64,000 bases of DNA from an uncultured bacterium (GTDB lineage: Bacteria; Fidelibacterota; Marinisomatia; Marinisomatales; AB-629-J13), in contig CAYSQB010000002.1 of the NCBI GenBank assembly GCA_964433085.1, positions 981 to 64,980 of the forward strand. Direction: 5' to 3'. Positions 1 through 9,334 of the stretch are shown here, piece by piece. Each line of letters begins with the position of its first letter. Position 1 is the stretch's first letter. The notes below the pieces were generated by a model. The model saw nothing but the letters and a program-made list of their open reading frames with translations. It ran no database searches and was not told the origin of the DNA. The translations under genes were made by a program, and so were the position numbers.

Positions 1-330
1 CCCAAACATACGGCACATTTCAGGATAATGTTCCAATATTTGTTTTTCATCTTTATGAAGATAAAATGGAATTGAAAATTCATCTTTAATCTTAGAAACA
101 GCTCCAACATGGTCTAAATGAGCGTGGGTGTTTATTATAGCAACAGGTACCAAATCCAGTGTCCTTATTTTTGAAATAATCTCGTCTGGATCATCCCCGG
201 GATCAATTAAAAGAGCAGAGCGCAACTCTTTTTCCCAAAGAATAAATGTATTTTCCTGAAAGGGACCAACAGTAACAGAATCTACGGTAATGTTCAAAAA
301 TGATAGTAAATTAACCTCAAATCCAATCAT
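1..330 (-). CDS. MBL-fold metallo-hydrolase (partial, C-terminus beyond window start)
   Basis: Not in the ORF track because it runs off the window. The minus frame is open from ATG (328-330) to base 1, 110 codons. Translation MIGFEVNLLSFLNITVDSVTVGPFQENTFILWEK...AIINTHAHLDHVGAV carries the HxHxDH metal-binding motif. The start overlaps the upstream gene stop by 14 nt. Confidence 0.7.
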   Translation of the reverse strand, partial: MIGFEVNLLSFLNITVDSVTVGPFQENTFILWEKELRSALLIDPGDDPDEIISKIRTLDLVPVAIINTHAHLDHVGAVSKIKDEFSIPFYLHKDEKQILEHYPEMCRMFG

Positions 331-1381
331 AATAAAAATCAGACATACACTGAATTTTATCTAAATAGGACCGGGGATACATGAGCCATTCTGTAGCTGC
401 AATACTGCTTAAGAGAGAATTCCCATCTTGAGGGGTAAAACAAAAGCCCGTTATTTCAGTATTGTTTCTCACGTTAAGAGATTGGACGACAACCACAGTT
501 TGGTTCAAAATTCTACCAAAATGTCCGTGGTCTCTTCCAAAAGAAAATACCGTACTTGTCATATCTTTTTCAGTTAAAGCTACTAAAGGATTTTTTTCAA
601 ATTTATCTATAACCTGGGTCATAGTAGTGGGCTCTTTTACCCTTAAATGAAACCAAACCACATGCATATATTGACTAGGGATTTTCATCGCTGAAGAGAA
701 TAAATTTAAATCCATATCCAAGGTAGTGAATAGTCCGGCTGCATCTTTTGCATGGTGAGAACCATAAATCCGATCACCATGTGTCCCAACCTGAGGAGAA
801 GGAATAAATCCGCTTGCCTGACTAATATCAGTGGCACGACGAATACACACAAAAATTCCTTCTATTAAATTATCTGGATCATTATTCACTGCTAAAGTAT
901 CGGTTATACAAGATAAATTGTGAGTATTACAGGATACTATTTGAATAAATTGATCTCCTTCCATCAACGCCTTATCATTAATACCATGTGCATATTTTTT
1001 ACCAAAACCATTCTCGCTACCTTGAGCTAAAAAACCATTCACACTATCACTAAATTTTGAATAATATTTTTCTTTATTATTGTGACCTATTCCTTTAGGA
1101 GTACAATCTATTACAACAGTTGCACGTTTAATTGCCTCTTCCGTTTCAAAATCTGCTTCCATCCCCATTTCTTTGAATGAACCAATTTTTTTTTCATCAA
1201 CAGACAATCTTGCTCCTCTATGAATTAAATCGATGACTTTGGATTTATCAGATATCAGGGGCGTATTTTTATGGAATGACACATCGTCAATCCCAAGCTG
1301 GTCACGATAATTACAAAAAAGTCCAATGAGAGGTTCACCAATAGTGCCGGTTCCAACGATGTGTACATTTTTTCGTTTCAT
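317..1381 (-). CDS. Class II (archaeal-type) glyceraldehyde-3-phosphate dehydrogenase homolog
   Basis: 354 aa with an N-terminal Rossmann motif VGTGTIGEP. The motifs VVIDCTPKGIG, IVSCNTHNL (catalytic Cys context), CIRRATD, GSHHAKD and PSQYMHVV are collinear with archaeal class II GAPDH as I remember it. Confidence 0.7.
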   Translation of the reverse strand: MKRKNVHIVGTGTIGEPLIGLFCNYRDQLGIDDVSFHKNTPLISDKSKVIDLIHRGARLSVDEKKIGSFKEMGMEADFETEEAIKRATVVIDCTPKGIGHNNKEKYYSKFSDSVNGFLAQGSENGFGKKYAHGINDKALMEGDQFIQIVSCNTHNLSCITDTLAVNNDPDNLIEGIFVCIRRATDISQASGFIPSPQVGTHGDRIYGSHHAKDAAGLFTTLDMDLNLFSSAMKIPSQYMHVVWFHLRVKEPTTMTQVIDKFEKNPLVALTEKDMTSTVFSFGRDHGHFGRILNQTVVVVQSLNVRNNTEITGFCFTPQDGNSLLSSIAATEWLMYPRSYLDKIQCMSDFYYDWI

Positions 1382-1559
1382 ATGAGTTTACTCCCTAAGC
1401 GACCCTGCAAATATTCAAATACAATACTATTCTACCCTGATATCAAACTAACAACATAAGAAATATTATAATTATTTCTAATAGAAGAGAGGAAATTAAA
1501 TAAGAAATGACCATAATGTTGAAATCTTTTTCCCAGCACTATAGGATTACATTTAATTT

Positions 1560-3218
1560 CTAAAAGACAGACCCTTCCTTCCACTCTCCAAAGACAGGTT
1601 TCATCGCCTGAACTATCTCTCCTAAAGTTGCCAAGGATTTTGCTGCCTCAATTAATGGAGGCATGAGATTATTTCCATTTTTACAAGTTTTGGTTATATT
1701 TTTCAATGATTTCTGAAACCTTTTATCATCACGTTCGAGTCTTATTTTTTTTAGATGTTTAGATTGTTGTTTTTGAGTTTTATCACTAATGGTGAGAATA
1801 GGAATATCAATTTCTTCATCTTCATTAACAAAATCATTAACACCCACAACAATTCTTTCATTTGTATCTATCTTACGTTGATAATCTGAAGCAGCCTTAG
1901 CGATTTCCCGTTGGAAATATCCATCTTCAATTGCAGGGATGACCCCACCTAATGCTTCAATCTTTGTGAAATATTTTTCAGCTTCCTTTTCCAAGGTATC
2001 CGTTAATGATTCGATATACCATGATCCTCCCAAAGGGTCAACTACATTTGGGGTCCCAGTTTCATAGGCAATTAGCTGTTGGGTACGAAGGGCTATTTGT
2101 GCAGCTTTCTCTGTAGGTAATGCCAAGGTCTCATCCATTGAATTAGTATGTAGGGATTGGGTTCCACCCAACACCGCTGCCATAGCTTGAAATCCTGTTC
2201 TAGCAATATTTATTTCAGGTTGTTGTGCTGTGAGAGAACATCCTGCAGTTTGAGTATGAAATCGCAGTTTCAATGACTTAGGATTTTTTGCATTATATTT
2301 ATTTTTCATGTTCCGAGCCCATATTCTTCTGGCTGCTCTATATTTAGCAATTTCCTCAAAAAAATCCAAATGAGAATTAAAAAAGAAGGATAATCGAGGT
2401 GCAAAATCATCCACATTCATCCCGGACCTGATAGCATAATCTACATAAGTAAATCCATCAGCTAGTGTAAATGCCAACTCCTGAGCTGCAGTTGAACCTG
2501 CTTCACGGATATGATATCCACTGATCGAAATAGTATTATAATGAGGTAAATATTCTGTACAATATTGGATCATATCCGTTATAATTCGCATTGAAGGTTC
2601 AGGAGGAAAAATCCATTCTTTCTGAGCAATAAACTCTTTTAAAATATCGTTTTGCAAAGTCCCTTTTAAATTTTTCTGAGTTACTCCCTGTTTTTCAGCG
2701 GCAGCTATATAAAATGCCAGCAAGATAACCGCAGGGCCATTAATCGTTTGAGAGACAGAGATATTTCCAAGATTGATACCATTAAATAACCGTTCCATGT
2801 CAGGGAGAGATGCAACATTTACACCACATTTTCCTACTTCTCCATCAGATATAGGATCATCCGGATCGTATCCCATTAAGGTCGGCATATCGTAAGCAAC
2901 AGACAATCCCGTTTGCCCCTGTGATAACAATAAATGATATCTTTCATTCGTTTCTTCTGGTGCTCCAAAACCTGAGAATTGTCTCATGGTCCATAGTCTT
3001 CCCCGGTAGAGATTTGGATGAATTCCCCGAGTAAAGGGATACTGTCCCGGGAATCCTAGGTTTTTCAAATAATCATTCTCATTACACTTAGGATGGTATA
3101 GAAGGTGTACCGGTTCACCGCTCACCGTTTCAAAGTTATAGGATCGATTTTTCGAAGATCGAGCTGCTGCTTTCCATTGCTCATTAGCACTTTGAAATAG
3201 ATTTAATTGTTCACTCAT
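1560..3218 (-). CDS. B12-dependent acyl-CoA mutase large (catalytic) subunit, methylmalonyl-CoA mutase family; F/Q active-site signature suggests isobutyryl-CoA mutase (IcmA)-like
   Basis: 552 aa with YRGRLWTMRQFSGFG, QNDILKEFIAQKEWIFPP and SGYHIREAG. There is no C-terminal B12-binding domain, so this is the large subunit of a split enzyme. Confidence 0.85.
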   Translation of the reverse strand: MSEQLNLFQSANEQWKAAARSSKNRSYNFETVSGEPVHLLYHPKCNENDYLKNLGFPGQYPFTRGIHPNLYRGRLWTMRQFSGFGAPEETNERYHLLLSQGQTGLSVAYDMPTLMGYDPDDPISDGEVGKCGVNVASLPDMERLFNGINLGNISVSQTINGPAVILLAFYIAAAEKQGVTQKNLKGTLQNDILKEFIAQKEWIFPPEPSMRIITDMIQYCTEYLPHYNTISISGYHIREAGSTAAQELAFTLADGFTYVDYAIRSGMNVDDFAPRLSFFFNSHLDFFEEIAKYRAARRIWARNMKNKYNAKNPKSLKLRFHTQTAGCSLTAQQPEINIARTGFQAMAAVLGGTQSLHTNSMDETLALPTEKAAQIALRTQQLIAYETGTPNVVDPLGGSWYIESLTDTLEKEAEKYFTKIEALGGVIPAIEDGYFQREIAKAASDYQRKIDTNERIVVGVNDFVNEDEEIDIPILTISDKTQKQQSKHLKKIRLERDDKRFQKSLKNITKTCKNGNNLMPPLIEAAKSLATLGEIVQAMKPVFGEWKEGSVF

Positions 3219-3221
3219 AAT

Positions 3222-3419
3222 TTATTCCGTTTGTAAAACTACCTTTTGTTTTCTGTAGGCTATCATTCCCTCTACCAGCAACCAAAGAATGAGCCCAATT
3301 AAAATAATACCAACAACGAACAACATCATGTTGCTATAGAAAAATGATTCTACTTTCAGGAATAAGATTAACAATGTTATAAAAATAATAAAGCCAAAAC
3401 TGCTGAGTTCATTACACAC
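3222..3419 (-). CDS. Small hypothetical membrane protein (2 predicted TM)
   Basis: 65-aa ORF with two hydrophobic stretches. It is tightly packed: 8-nt overlap with the dxs stop and 3 nt before the mutase start. No family recognised. Confidence 0.35.
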   Translation of the reverse strand: MCNELSSFGFIIFITLLILFLKVESFFYSNMMLFVVGIILIGLILWLLVEGMIAYRKQKVVLQTE

Positions 3420-5334
3420 TGATATGAAATTTTTCCATAATTTCTTTCACAACCGATATAATGCCATTTTCCGACAATCCTAAATCATTCAATAAAATAT
3501 CCCTTGGGCCATGTTCAACAAATGAGTCTGGGAGGCCTAAAAGGTGAACATTATAATCTCCAGACTTTCCTGAAAAATAACTGGAAATCCCTTCACCAAA
3601 CCCACCAATGTGCACACCTTCTTCTATCACAAGAAATGAGGTAAATCGCATGGTAAGATTTGTTAAAATTTGTAAATCCATCGGTTTGATAAAACGACAA
3701 TTTACTACTTCACATGAAATATCTTGTTGCTCCAGTTGGCTGGCTGCCATTAATGCGGGATAAACCATTGAGCCTACAGCTAAAATAGCAATATCTTTTC
3801 CGGTTTTGAGAGTTTCCCAGCTTCCTATAGGTAATAATTCTGCCTGTCCACTTTCATCGAACTGTATGGATGAAGATTTTGGATAACGAATACCAAATGG
3901 TCGATCGTTTTGCTCTAGCGCTGTGTATAGTAAATGCCTGAATTCATTACCATCTTTTGGAGCTGTTACAATCATATCCTGGACACATTTCAAATAAGCA
4001 ATATCCAAAGCGCCATGATGCGTAGGACCATCCTCACCGACAATACCAGCCCTATCCATACAAAATATGATTGGAAGGTTCTGAAGAGCAACATCATGTA
4101 TAATTTGATCATAGGCCCTCTGAAGAAATGTAGAGTAAATAGAAACGATGGGACGTATCCTTTCAGTTGCCAATCCTGCTGCAAATGTTACTGCATGAGC
4201 TTCTGCGATTCCCACATCAAAGAATCTATCAGGAAATTCTTTCGAATAATTTACCAACCCTGTTCCCTCTTTCATCGCAGCGGTGATACAAACTGTATCT
4301 TTTCGATTCTTAGCAATTTCGCAAGATAATTTTCCAAACACATCCTGAAAAATAGGTGCGGATGAATGAGAATCTACTTTCTCAATTTTAGACGGTTTTT
4401 TTTCATTGGGTTTCACAGCATGAAATCTCACAGCGTCATCATGATATTTACGATCTTTAACATTCATGGAAACCATACCCTTACCTTTTTTAGTCAGGAC
4501 ATGGAGCAATGCCGGTGTCTTTAAATTGCTTATATTTTTTAGAGTGCGAACCACCTCATTTAAATTATGACCATCAATAGGACCAAAATATCTAAAACCC
4601 AATTCCTCAAACAATATACCCGGTACCAGCATATTTTTTAAACTTTCTTCCGATTTCCGAATGAATTTTCGAGTAATATCTTTTCCTAAAGGAAGAGATC
4701 CTGTCAAATTCCAAATTTCATCCCTTATACGATTATATATCGGATTGGTTACCAATCGGTTAAAATAAGAATTAATTGCTCCTACATTTGGAGAAATTGA
4801 CATTTCATTATCATTGAGTATGACTAAAAACTGTTTCCGTCTCATACCTGCATTATTTAACCCTTCAAATGAAAGACCTCCGGTCATTGCTCCATCTCCA
4901 ATAACAGAAACAACTTTGTATTTTTTCTGGTAATGATCTCGGGCAACAGCTATCCCAAGTGCTGCAGATATCGATGTGGAAGCATGACCTGCGCCAAATG
5001 CATCATATTCACTTTCAGATATTTTTAAAAAACCACTCAGTCCTTCATACTGTCTGATAGTTTTTAATTGTTCATACCTACCTGTTAATACTTTATGTGC
5101 ATAGGCCTGATGACCAACATCCCAAATAATTTTATCACGAGGTGTATCGAAAATATAATGCAAAGCTGTGGTCAGCTCTAAAACACCTAATGTAGATGCT
5201 AAATGCCCTCCGATCTCTGTGATCGTAGAAATAATATATTCCCTTAATTCGTCATTCACAATTTGTAAATCTTCTAGTGACAAAGATTTTAAGTCACGAG
5301 GAGATTTAATTTGTTGTAACAAATTAGTAGGCAT
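3412..5334 (-). CDS. dxs: 1-deoxy-D-xylulose-5-phosphate synthase
   Basis: 640 aa with GGHLASTLG, GHQAYAHK and the ThDP motif IGDGAMTGG. Full-length collinearity with Dxs. Confidence 0.95.
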   Translation of the reverse strand: MPTNLLQQIKSPRDLKSLSLEDLQIVNDELREYIISTITEIGGHLASTLGVLELTTALHYIFDTPRDKIIWDVGHQAYAHKVLTGRYEQLKTIRQYEGLSGFLKISESEYDAFGAGHASTSISAALGIAVARDHYQKKYKVVSVIGDGAMTGGLSFEGLNNAGMRRKQFLVILNDNEMSISPNVGAINSYFNRLVTNPIYNRIRDEIWNLTGSLPLGKDITRKFIRKSEESLKNMLVPGILFEELGFRYFGPIDGHNLNEVVRTLKNISNLKTPALLHVLTKKGKGMVSMNVKDRKYHDDAVRFHAVKPNEKKPSKIEKVDSHSSAPIFQDVFGKLSCEIAKNRKDTVCITAAMKEGTGLVNYSKEFPDRFFDVGIAEAHAVTFAAGLATERIRPIVSIYSTFLQRAYDQIIHDVALQNLPIIFCMDRAGIVGEDGPTHHGALDIAYLKCVQDMIVTAPKDGNEFRHLLYTALEQNDRPFGIRYPKSSSIQFDESGQAELLPIGSWETLKTGKDIAILAVGSMVYPALMAASQLEQQDISCEVVNCRFIKPMDLQILTNLTMRFTSFLVIEEGVHIGGFGEGISSYFSGKSGDYNVHLLGLPDSFVEHGPRDILLNDLGLSENGIISVVKEIMEKFHISV

Positions 5335-5357
5335 GATTCATCGAAAATTTTAAATGG

Positions 5358-5927
5358 TTAGTTTTTTTTATCTGAACTAAGAAATGCTATGGTGTGAAAA
5401 ATAGGCTCATTATTTAATTCAGGATGAAATGCCAATCCAATATGAATTCCCTGACGAACTGCGACCGGTTGACCATCTAATTTTGCTAATACATCTATGT
5501 TTGTACCTAATCGTGAAATTTTAGGAGCACGAATAAATGTTCCCTGAATTATACGATCACTCCCTGTCATATCCAAGTTTGCGGTAAATGAATGAATTTG
5601 TCTTCCAAAAGCATTTCTTTCAACCTTGATATTTATTAATCCAAGCGAGCTAACCCTGGTGTCTGAAGATTCACTGCTCATCAAAATTAGTCCTGCACAA
5701 GTACCCAAAATAGGATGAGTTTCTGCAAATTCTTTTAGTGAGATAAAAAGACCAGTTGCTTTTAGTAATTTTGTGAGAGTTGTTGACTCTCCACCTGGAA
5801 TTATTAGTCCATCCAGTGAGGAAAAATCTTTTTTATAACGCACACGAATACAATCCCAACCTAGTTTTAAAATAAGCTGTTCATGTTTTAAATAATCACC
5901 TTGTAAAGCTAGGATCCCTATTCTCAT
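5358..5927 (-). CDS. pdxT: Pyridoxal 5'-phosphate synthase glutaminase subunit
   Basis: 189 aa with MRIGILALQGD, GGESTT and the catalytic Cys in GTCAGLI. Adjacent to pdxS. Confidence 0.9.
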   Translation of the reverse strand: MRIGILALQGDYLKHEQLILKLGWDCIRVRYKKDFSSLDGLIIPGGESTTLTKLLKATGLFISLKEFAETHPILGTCAGLILMSSESSDTRVSSLGLINIKVERNAFGRQIHSFTANLDMTGSDRIIQGTFIRAPKISRLGTNIDVLAKLDGQPVAVRQGIHIGLAFHPELNNEPIFHTIAFLSSDKKN

Positions 5928-5960
5928 GTATATTCCTTTATATTTTGCTCATTGGTATTA

Positions 5961-6842
5961 TTACCAACCTCTATTTTGTAGGCGTTCTTCTTCCGGAATT
6001 TCAGACATGTCTAATCCTTTCATGGCTGCCTTCAATTCCGAAGACGAATTCACAAGTTTTTTCGGGTCATCAAAATATGTTACAGATTCCACGATTGCTT
6101 TAGCTCTGGAGGCAGGATCCTCACTCATAAATATTCCCGAACCAACGAATACGGACTCTGCTCCCAACTGCATCATTAAGGATGTATCAGCTGGAGTTGC
6201 GATACCTCCAGCTGCAAAATTTGGTACGGGAAGTTTTTTTAGTTTTGCGACTTGTTGAACTAATGTGAATGGAGCACCTAGTGCTTTTGAAATTGCCATG
6301 AGCTCTTCCTTATCCATAACGGTTAATTCTTTGATTTGTGATTGCACTTTTCGCATATGGCGTACTGCTTCAACGATGTTACCGCTACCTGCTTCACCTT
6401 TAGTGCGAATCAGCGCAGCCCCTTCAGCAATTCTTCTTAATGCTTCTCCCAAATCTCTGGCACCACAGACAAAGGGTGCCTTAAAATCGCATTTCCAAAT
6501 GTGATTCGCCTCATCTGCAGGAGTAAGAACTTCACTTTCATCAATAAAGTCTACTTCTAATGCCTCTAGCATTTGTGCTTCGGCAAAATGTCCAATCCTA
6601 CATTTAGCCATCACTGGGATAGACACTTCATTTTGTATAGCTTTGATCATTTTAGGACTGCTCATTCTGGCTATCCCGCCATCTTTACGAATCAATGCAG
6701 GAATACGTTCCAACGCCATTACGGCAACGGCTCCAGCTTCCTCTGCTATGATTGCTTGTTCGGCAGACATTACATCCATTATAACTCCACCTTTTAACAT
6801 TTCTGATAAGCCCACTTTTACCTCAAAATTTTCTTTATCCAT
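5961..6842 (-). CDS. pdxS: Pyridoxal 5'-phosphate synthase lyase subunit
   Basis: Motifs [25 protein letters not shown] and GGIATPAD. I place the start at the internal ATG (MDKENFEVK...). The track ORF start at 6884 would overlap ispH by 50 nt. Confidence 0.92.
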   Translation of the reverse strand: MDKENFEVKVGLSEMLKGGVIMDVMSAEQAIIAEEAGAVAVMALERIPALIRKDGGIARMSSPKMIKAIQNEVSIPVMAKCRIGHFAEAQMLEALEVDFIDESEVLTPADEANHIWKCDFKAPFVCGARDLGEALRRIAEGAALIRTKGEAGSGNIVEAVRHMRKVQSQIKELTVMDKEELMAISKALGAPFTLVQQVAKLKKLPVPNFAAGGIATPADTSLMMQLGAESVFVGSGIFMSEDPASRAKAIVESVTYFDDPKKLVNSSSELKAAMKGLDMSEIPEEERLQNRGW

Positions 6843-7698
6843 ATACCATCTCCTTTTCTTTCTCTTCATCAAAGTATTTGACAAACTCCACTACTTCTTC
6901 AATTAGATTATCTGGTGTCGAAGCACCGGCAGAAATCCCAACAGATTCAACATTTAAAAACCAATCTGAGCAAATATCTTTTACACCCGTAATCTGATGA
7001 GAATTTGAATTCCTCAATGAGGATAATTGAGAAAGACGCTTTGAATTTGCACTGGTAAATGAGCCAATAATTAAAACCAAATCACACAAATCAGCCAATT
7101 CTTTTACTTGACTTTGATTCCTTTTCGTAGGAAAACAAATTGTATTTACAAATCGAAGATCAAAAATCTTTGTCATAAGTATATTTATTATTTCTTGTAC
7201 ATTTTCAATGGTTTGCGTGGATTGGCTCACAATACCGGCTTTTTTCATTTTCTTTATTTCTTTTGCTTCTTCGGGATTTTCTAATACAATGGGGTCTACC
7301 ACCTGGCTGGCAATCCCGATAACTTCATCATGACCATGATCACCAATGATTATTATTTGTCTATCTTCCTTTTCCAGTTTAGATACTTCATCATGAATTT
7401 CTTGTACTAAAGGGCAAGTCGCATCAATAATCTTCATATTTTTTTCTTTTGCCTTTTGCCACACATCGGTCGCGGTACCATGTGCCCGAAGCAATACAGG
7501 TTTATCAGCTGGAATTTCTTCCAAGCTTTGGACAACCTTTGTTCCTACTTTTTTTAATTTTTCCACAACATTTTCATTGTGGACGATATCCCCCAACATA
7601 TACACATTTCCGTATTCCTCTGCAGTTGTATGTGCCAAACTAACTGCATCTCTCACACCAAAACAATATCCTGCATCTTTCGCTACAAATATTTTCAT
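6835..7698 (-). CDS. ispH: 4-hydroxy-3-methylbut-2-enyl diphosphate reductase
   Basis: 287 aa with [25 protein letters not shown] and SANSKRL, the typical IspH/LytB signature. Confidence 0.9.
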   Translation of the reverse strand: MKIFVAKDAGYCFGVRDAVSLAHTTAEEYGNVYMLGDIVHNENVVEKLKKVGTKVVQSLEEIPADKPVLLRAHGTATDVWQKAKEKNMKIIDATCPLVQEIHDEVSKLEKEDRQIIIIGDHGHDEVIGIASQVVDPIVLENPEEAKEIKKMKKAGIVSQSTQTIENVQEIINILMTKIFDLRFVNTICFPTKRNQSQVKELADLCDLVLIIGSFTSANSKRLSQLSSLRNSNSHQITGVKDICSDWFLNVESVGISAGASTPDNLIEEVVEFVKYFDEEKEKEMVYG

Positions 7699-8699
7699 TA
7701 TTTGACACCCTGTTGGGAAACAATGGATTTTCTGACAACATCTAAAATATGAGGAGTTGCTTTTTTGACCGATTCCTGAATTTTTGCTCCAGAAGCAAGT
7801 GGATGACCTCCCCCACCTAAAGTATTTGCCATATCATTCACAATATATTTCCCTTTTGATCTGAAATTCACCTTGCATTTGTTTTCCCCCGATTCTATAA
7901 TCATCAAAGCAACTTCTACCCCATTTATTGTACGCACAAAGTCAGCGAATCCTCCAACATCTGTTTTATCAGCTTCACATTGTTCCATCATAGTATTGTA
8001 CACAATAAACCAAGCCAATTCCCCCTCTAATTCATAATGTATCTGATGTAATACGGTTCCCAGTAATTTTACACGACTTTTTGTAGCGTTCTCATACACT
8101 TGTTGGTAAATATAACTTGTATCTACACCTGCTTTATAGCATTCAATTGCAATCTCATGACAATGGATATTCGTATTACTGTATCTAAAAGAACCAGTAT
8201 CTGTCATAATCGCTGAGAATATTCCTTCGCAAATATCTTTTGTGAAATCAATAGAAAAACACTGTTCTAAAATATCAAATATGATTTCACCAGTAGCTGC
8301 AGCATTAGTATTCACGTGATTATAAGTAAATACTGAATCATCTAATAAAGGATGGTGATCGATATTCAGCGAAGTTAAATTATACATTTGGACTGCTTTT
8401 TTGATGCCTTTCAATCTGCGGCTATCTCCAACATCAAAAATAATAATTAAATCAACATCTTTTAGCCAGGTATCTGTGGTTTCACTTGAATATAATTGAA
8501 ACATGGAGCCCTTTTCAAGAAACTCATATTCCCTAGGTAATGATGTGGGAAGGATAATTTTACAATCTTTTTTCATATCTTTATAAAAATGATACATAGC
8601 AGCAGCACACCCTAGTCCATCTCCGTCAGGATTTTCATGCGTGGTTAGAGCAACCCGGTTAACATTCTCTAAAATAGATTTATAACGGTTCAAATTCAT
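7698..8699 (-). CDS. nrnA: DHH/DHHA1 phosphoesterase, NrnA-type oligoribonuclease/pAp phosphatase
   Basis: 333 aa with HENPDGDGLGC, FDVGD, NIDHHP and GGGH motifs. Confidence 0.8.
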   Translation of the reverse strand: MNLNRYKSILENVNRVALTTHENPDGDGLGCAAAMYHFYKDMKKDCKIILPTSLPREYEFLEKGSMFQLYSSETTDTWLKDVDLIIIFDVGDSRRLKGIKKAVQMYNLTSLNIDHHPLLDDSVFTYNHVNTNAAATGEIIFDILEQCFSIDFTKDICEGIFSAIMTDTGSFRYSNTNIHCHEIAIECYKAGVDTSYIYQQVYENATKSRVKLLGTVLHQIHYELEGELAWFIVYNTMMEQCEADKTDVGGFADFVRTINGVEVALMIIESGENKCKVNFRSKGKYIVNDMANTLGGGGHPLASGAKIQESVKKATPHILDVVRKSIVSQQGVK

Positions 8700-8791
8700 T
8701 AATTCATTACAATAAATAAAAAAATAATTTAGGGTTATTTAATCAACAGACCACTATATTGCAAAAAAAAATCATAAACTGCGAGTCACAT

Positions 8792-9334
8792 TTATTCTCT
8801 TTTCCACATTCGTTCTGATTGACCTTCGACTTTCCCAGATTTTCGAGCCAAAACAAATAAATAATCTGAAAGACGGTTCAAATATTGAATCCAGATATGT
8901 CGATATGATTTTTTCTCAGTCAGTGCAACCAAAGATCTCTCTGCTCTACGACATACCGAACGAGCATGATGAATTTTAGAAGACAATCCATTTTCTCCCG
9001 GCAATAGGAATTCTTTTAATGGTGGTAATTTATTAGTGATACTTTCGATTTCTTTTTCCAAAATATCAATCCTATCTTCTTTTAATAATTTATCACCACT
9101 ATTTCCTAAAGATACCTCTCCGCCTATATTAAATATATCATTTTGAATATTTTCGATATCAGATTTAAAATCTTCAGACTGACCCGAAACTTTAACCATT
9201 CCTAACACAGATGATAATTCATCCAAATCTCCCAAAACATGAATTTCCAAACTGGACTTTGAAACTATTTCATTCGTTCCCAATCTGGTCATCCCTTTAT
9301 CTCCTGTTTTTGTGGTTACTTTTGTAATTCTCAT
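8792..9334 (-). CDS. ATP:cob(I)alamin adenosyltransferase, PduO type
   Basis: 180 aa with N-terminal TKTGDKGMTRLG and the RR..ERS helix pattern typical of PduO/MMAB-type ATR. Start overlaps the upstream permease stop (TAATG). Confidence 0.85.
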   Translation of the reverse strand: MRITKVTTKTGDKGMTRLGTNEIVSKSSLEIHVLGDLDELSSVLGMVKVSGQSEDFKSDIENIQNDIFNIGGEVSLGNSGDKLLKEDRIDILEKEIESITNKLPPLKEFLLPGENGLSSKIHHARSVCRRAERSLVALTEKKSYRHIWIQYLNRLSDYLFVLARKSGKVEGQSERMWKRE

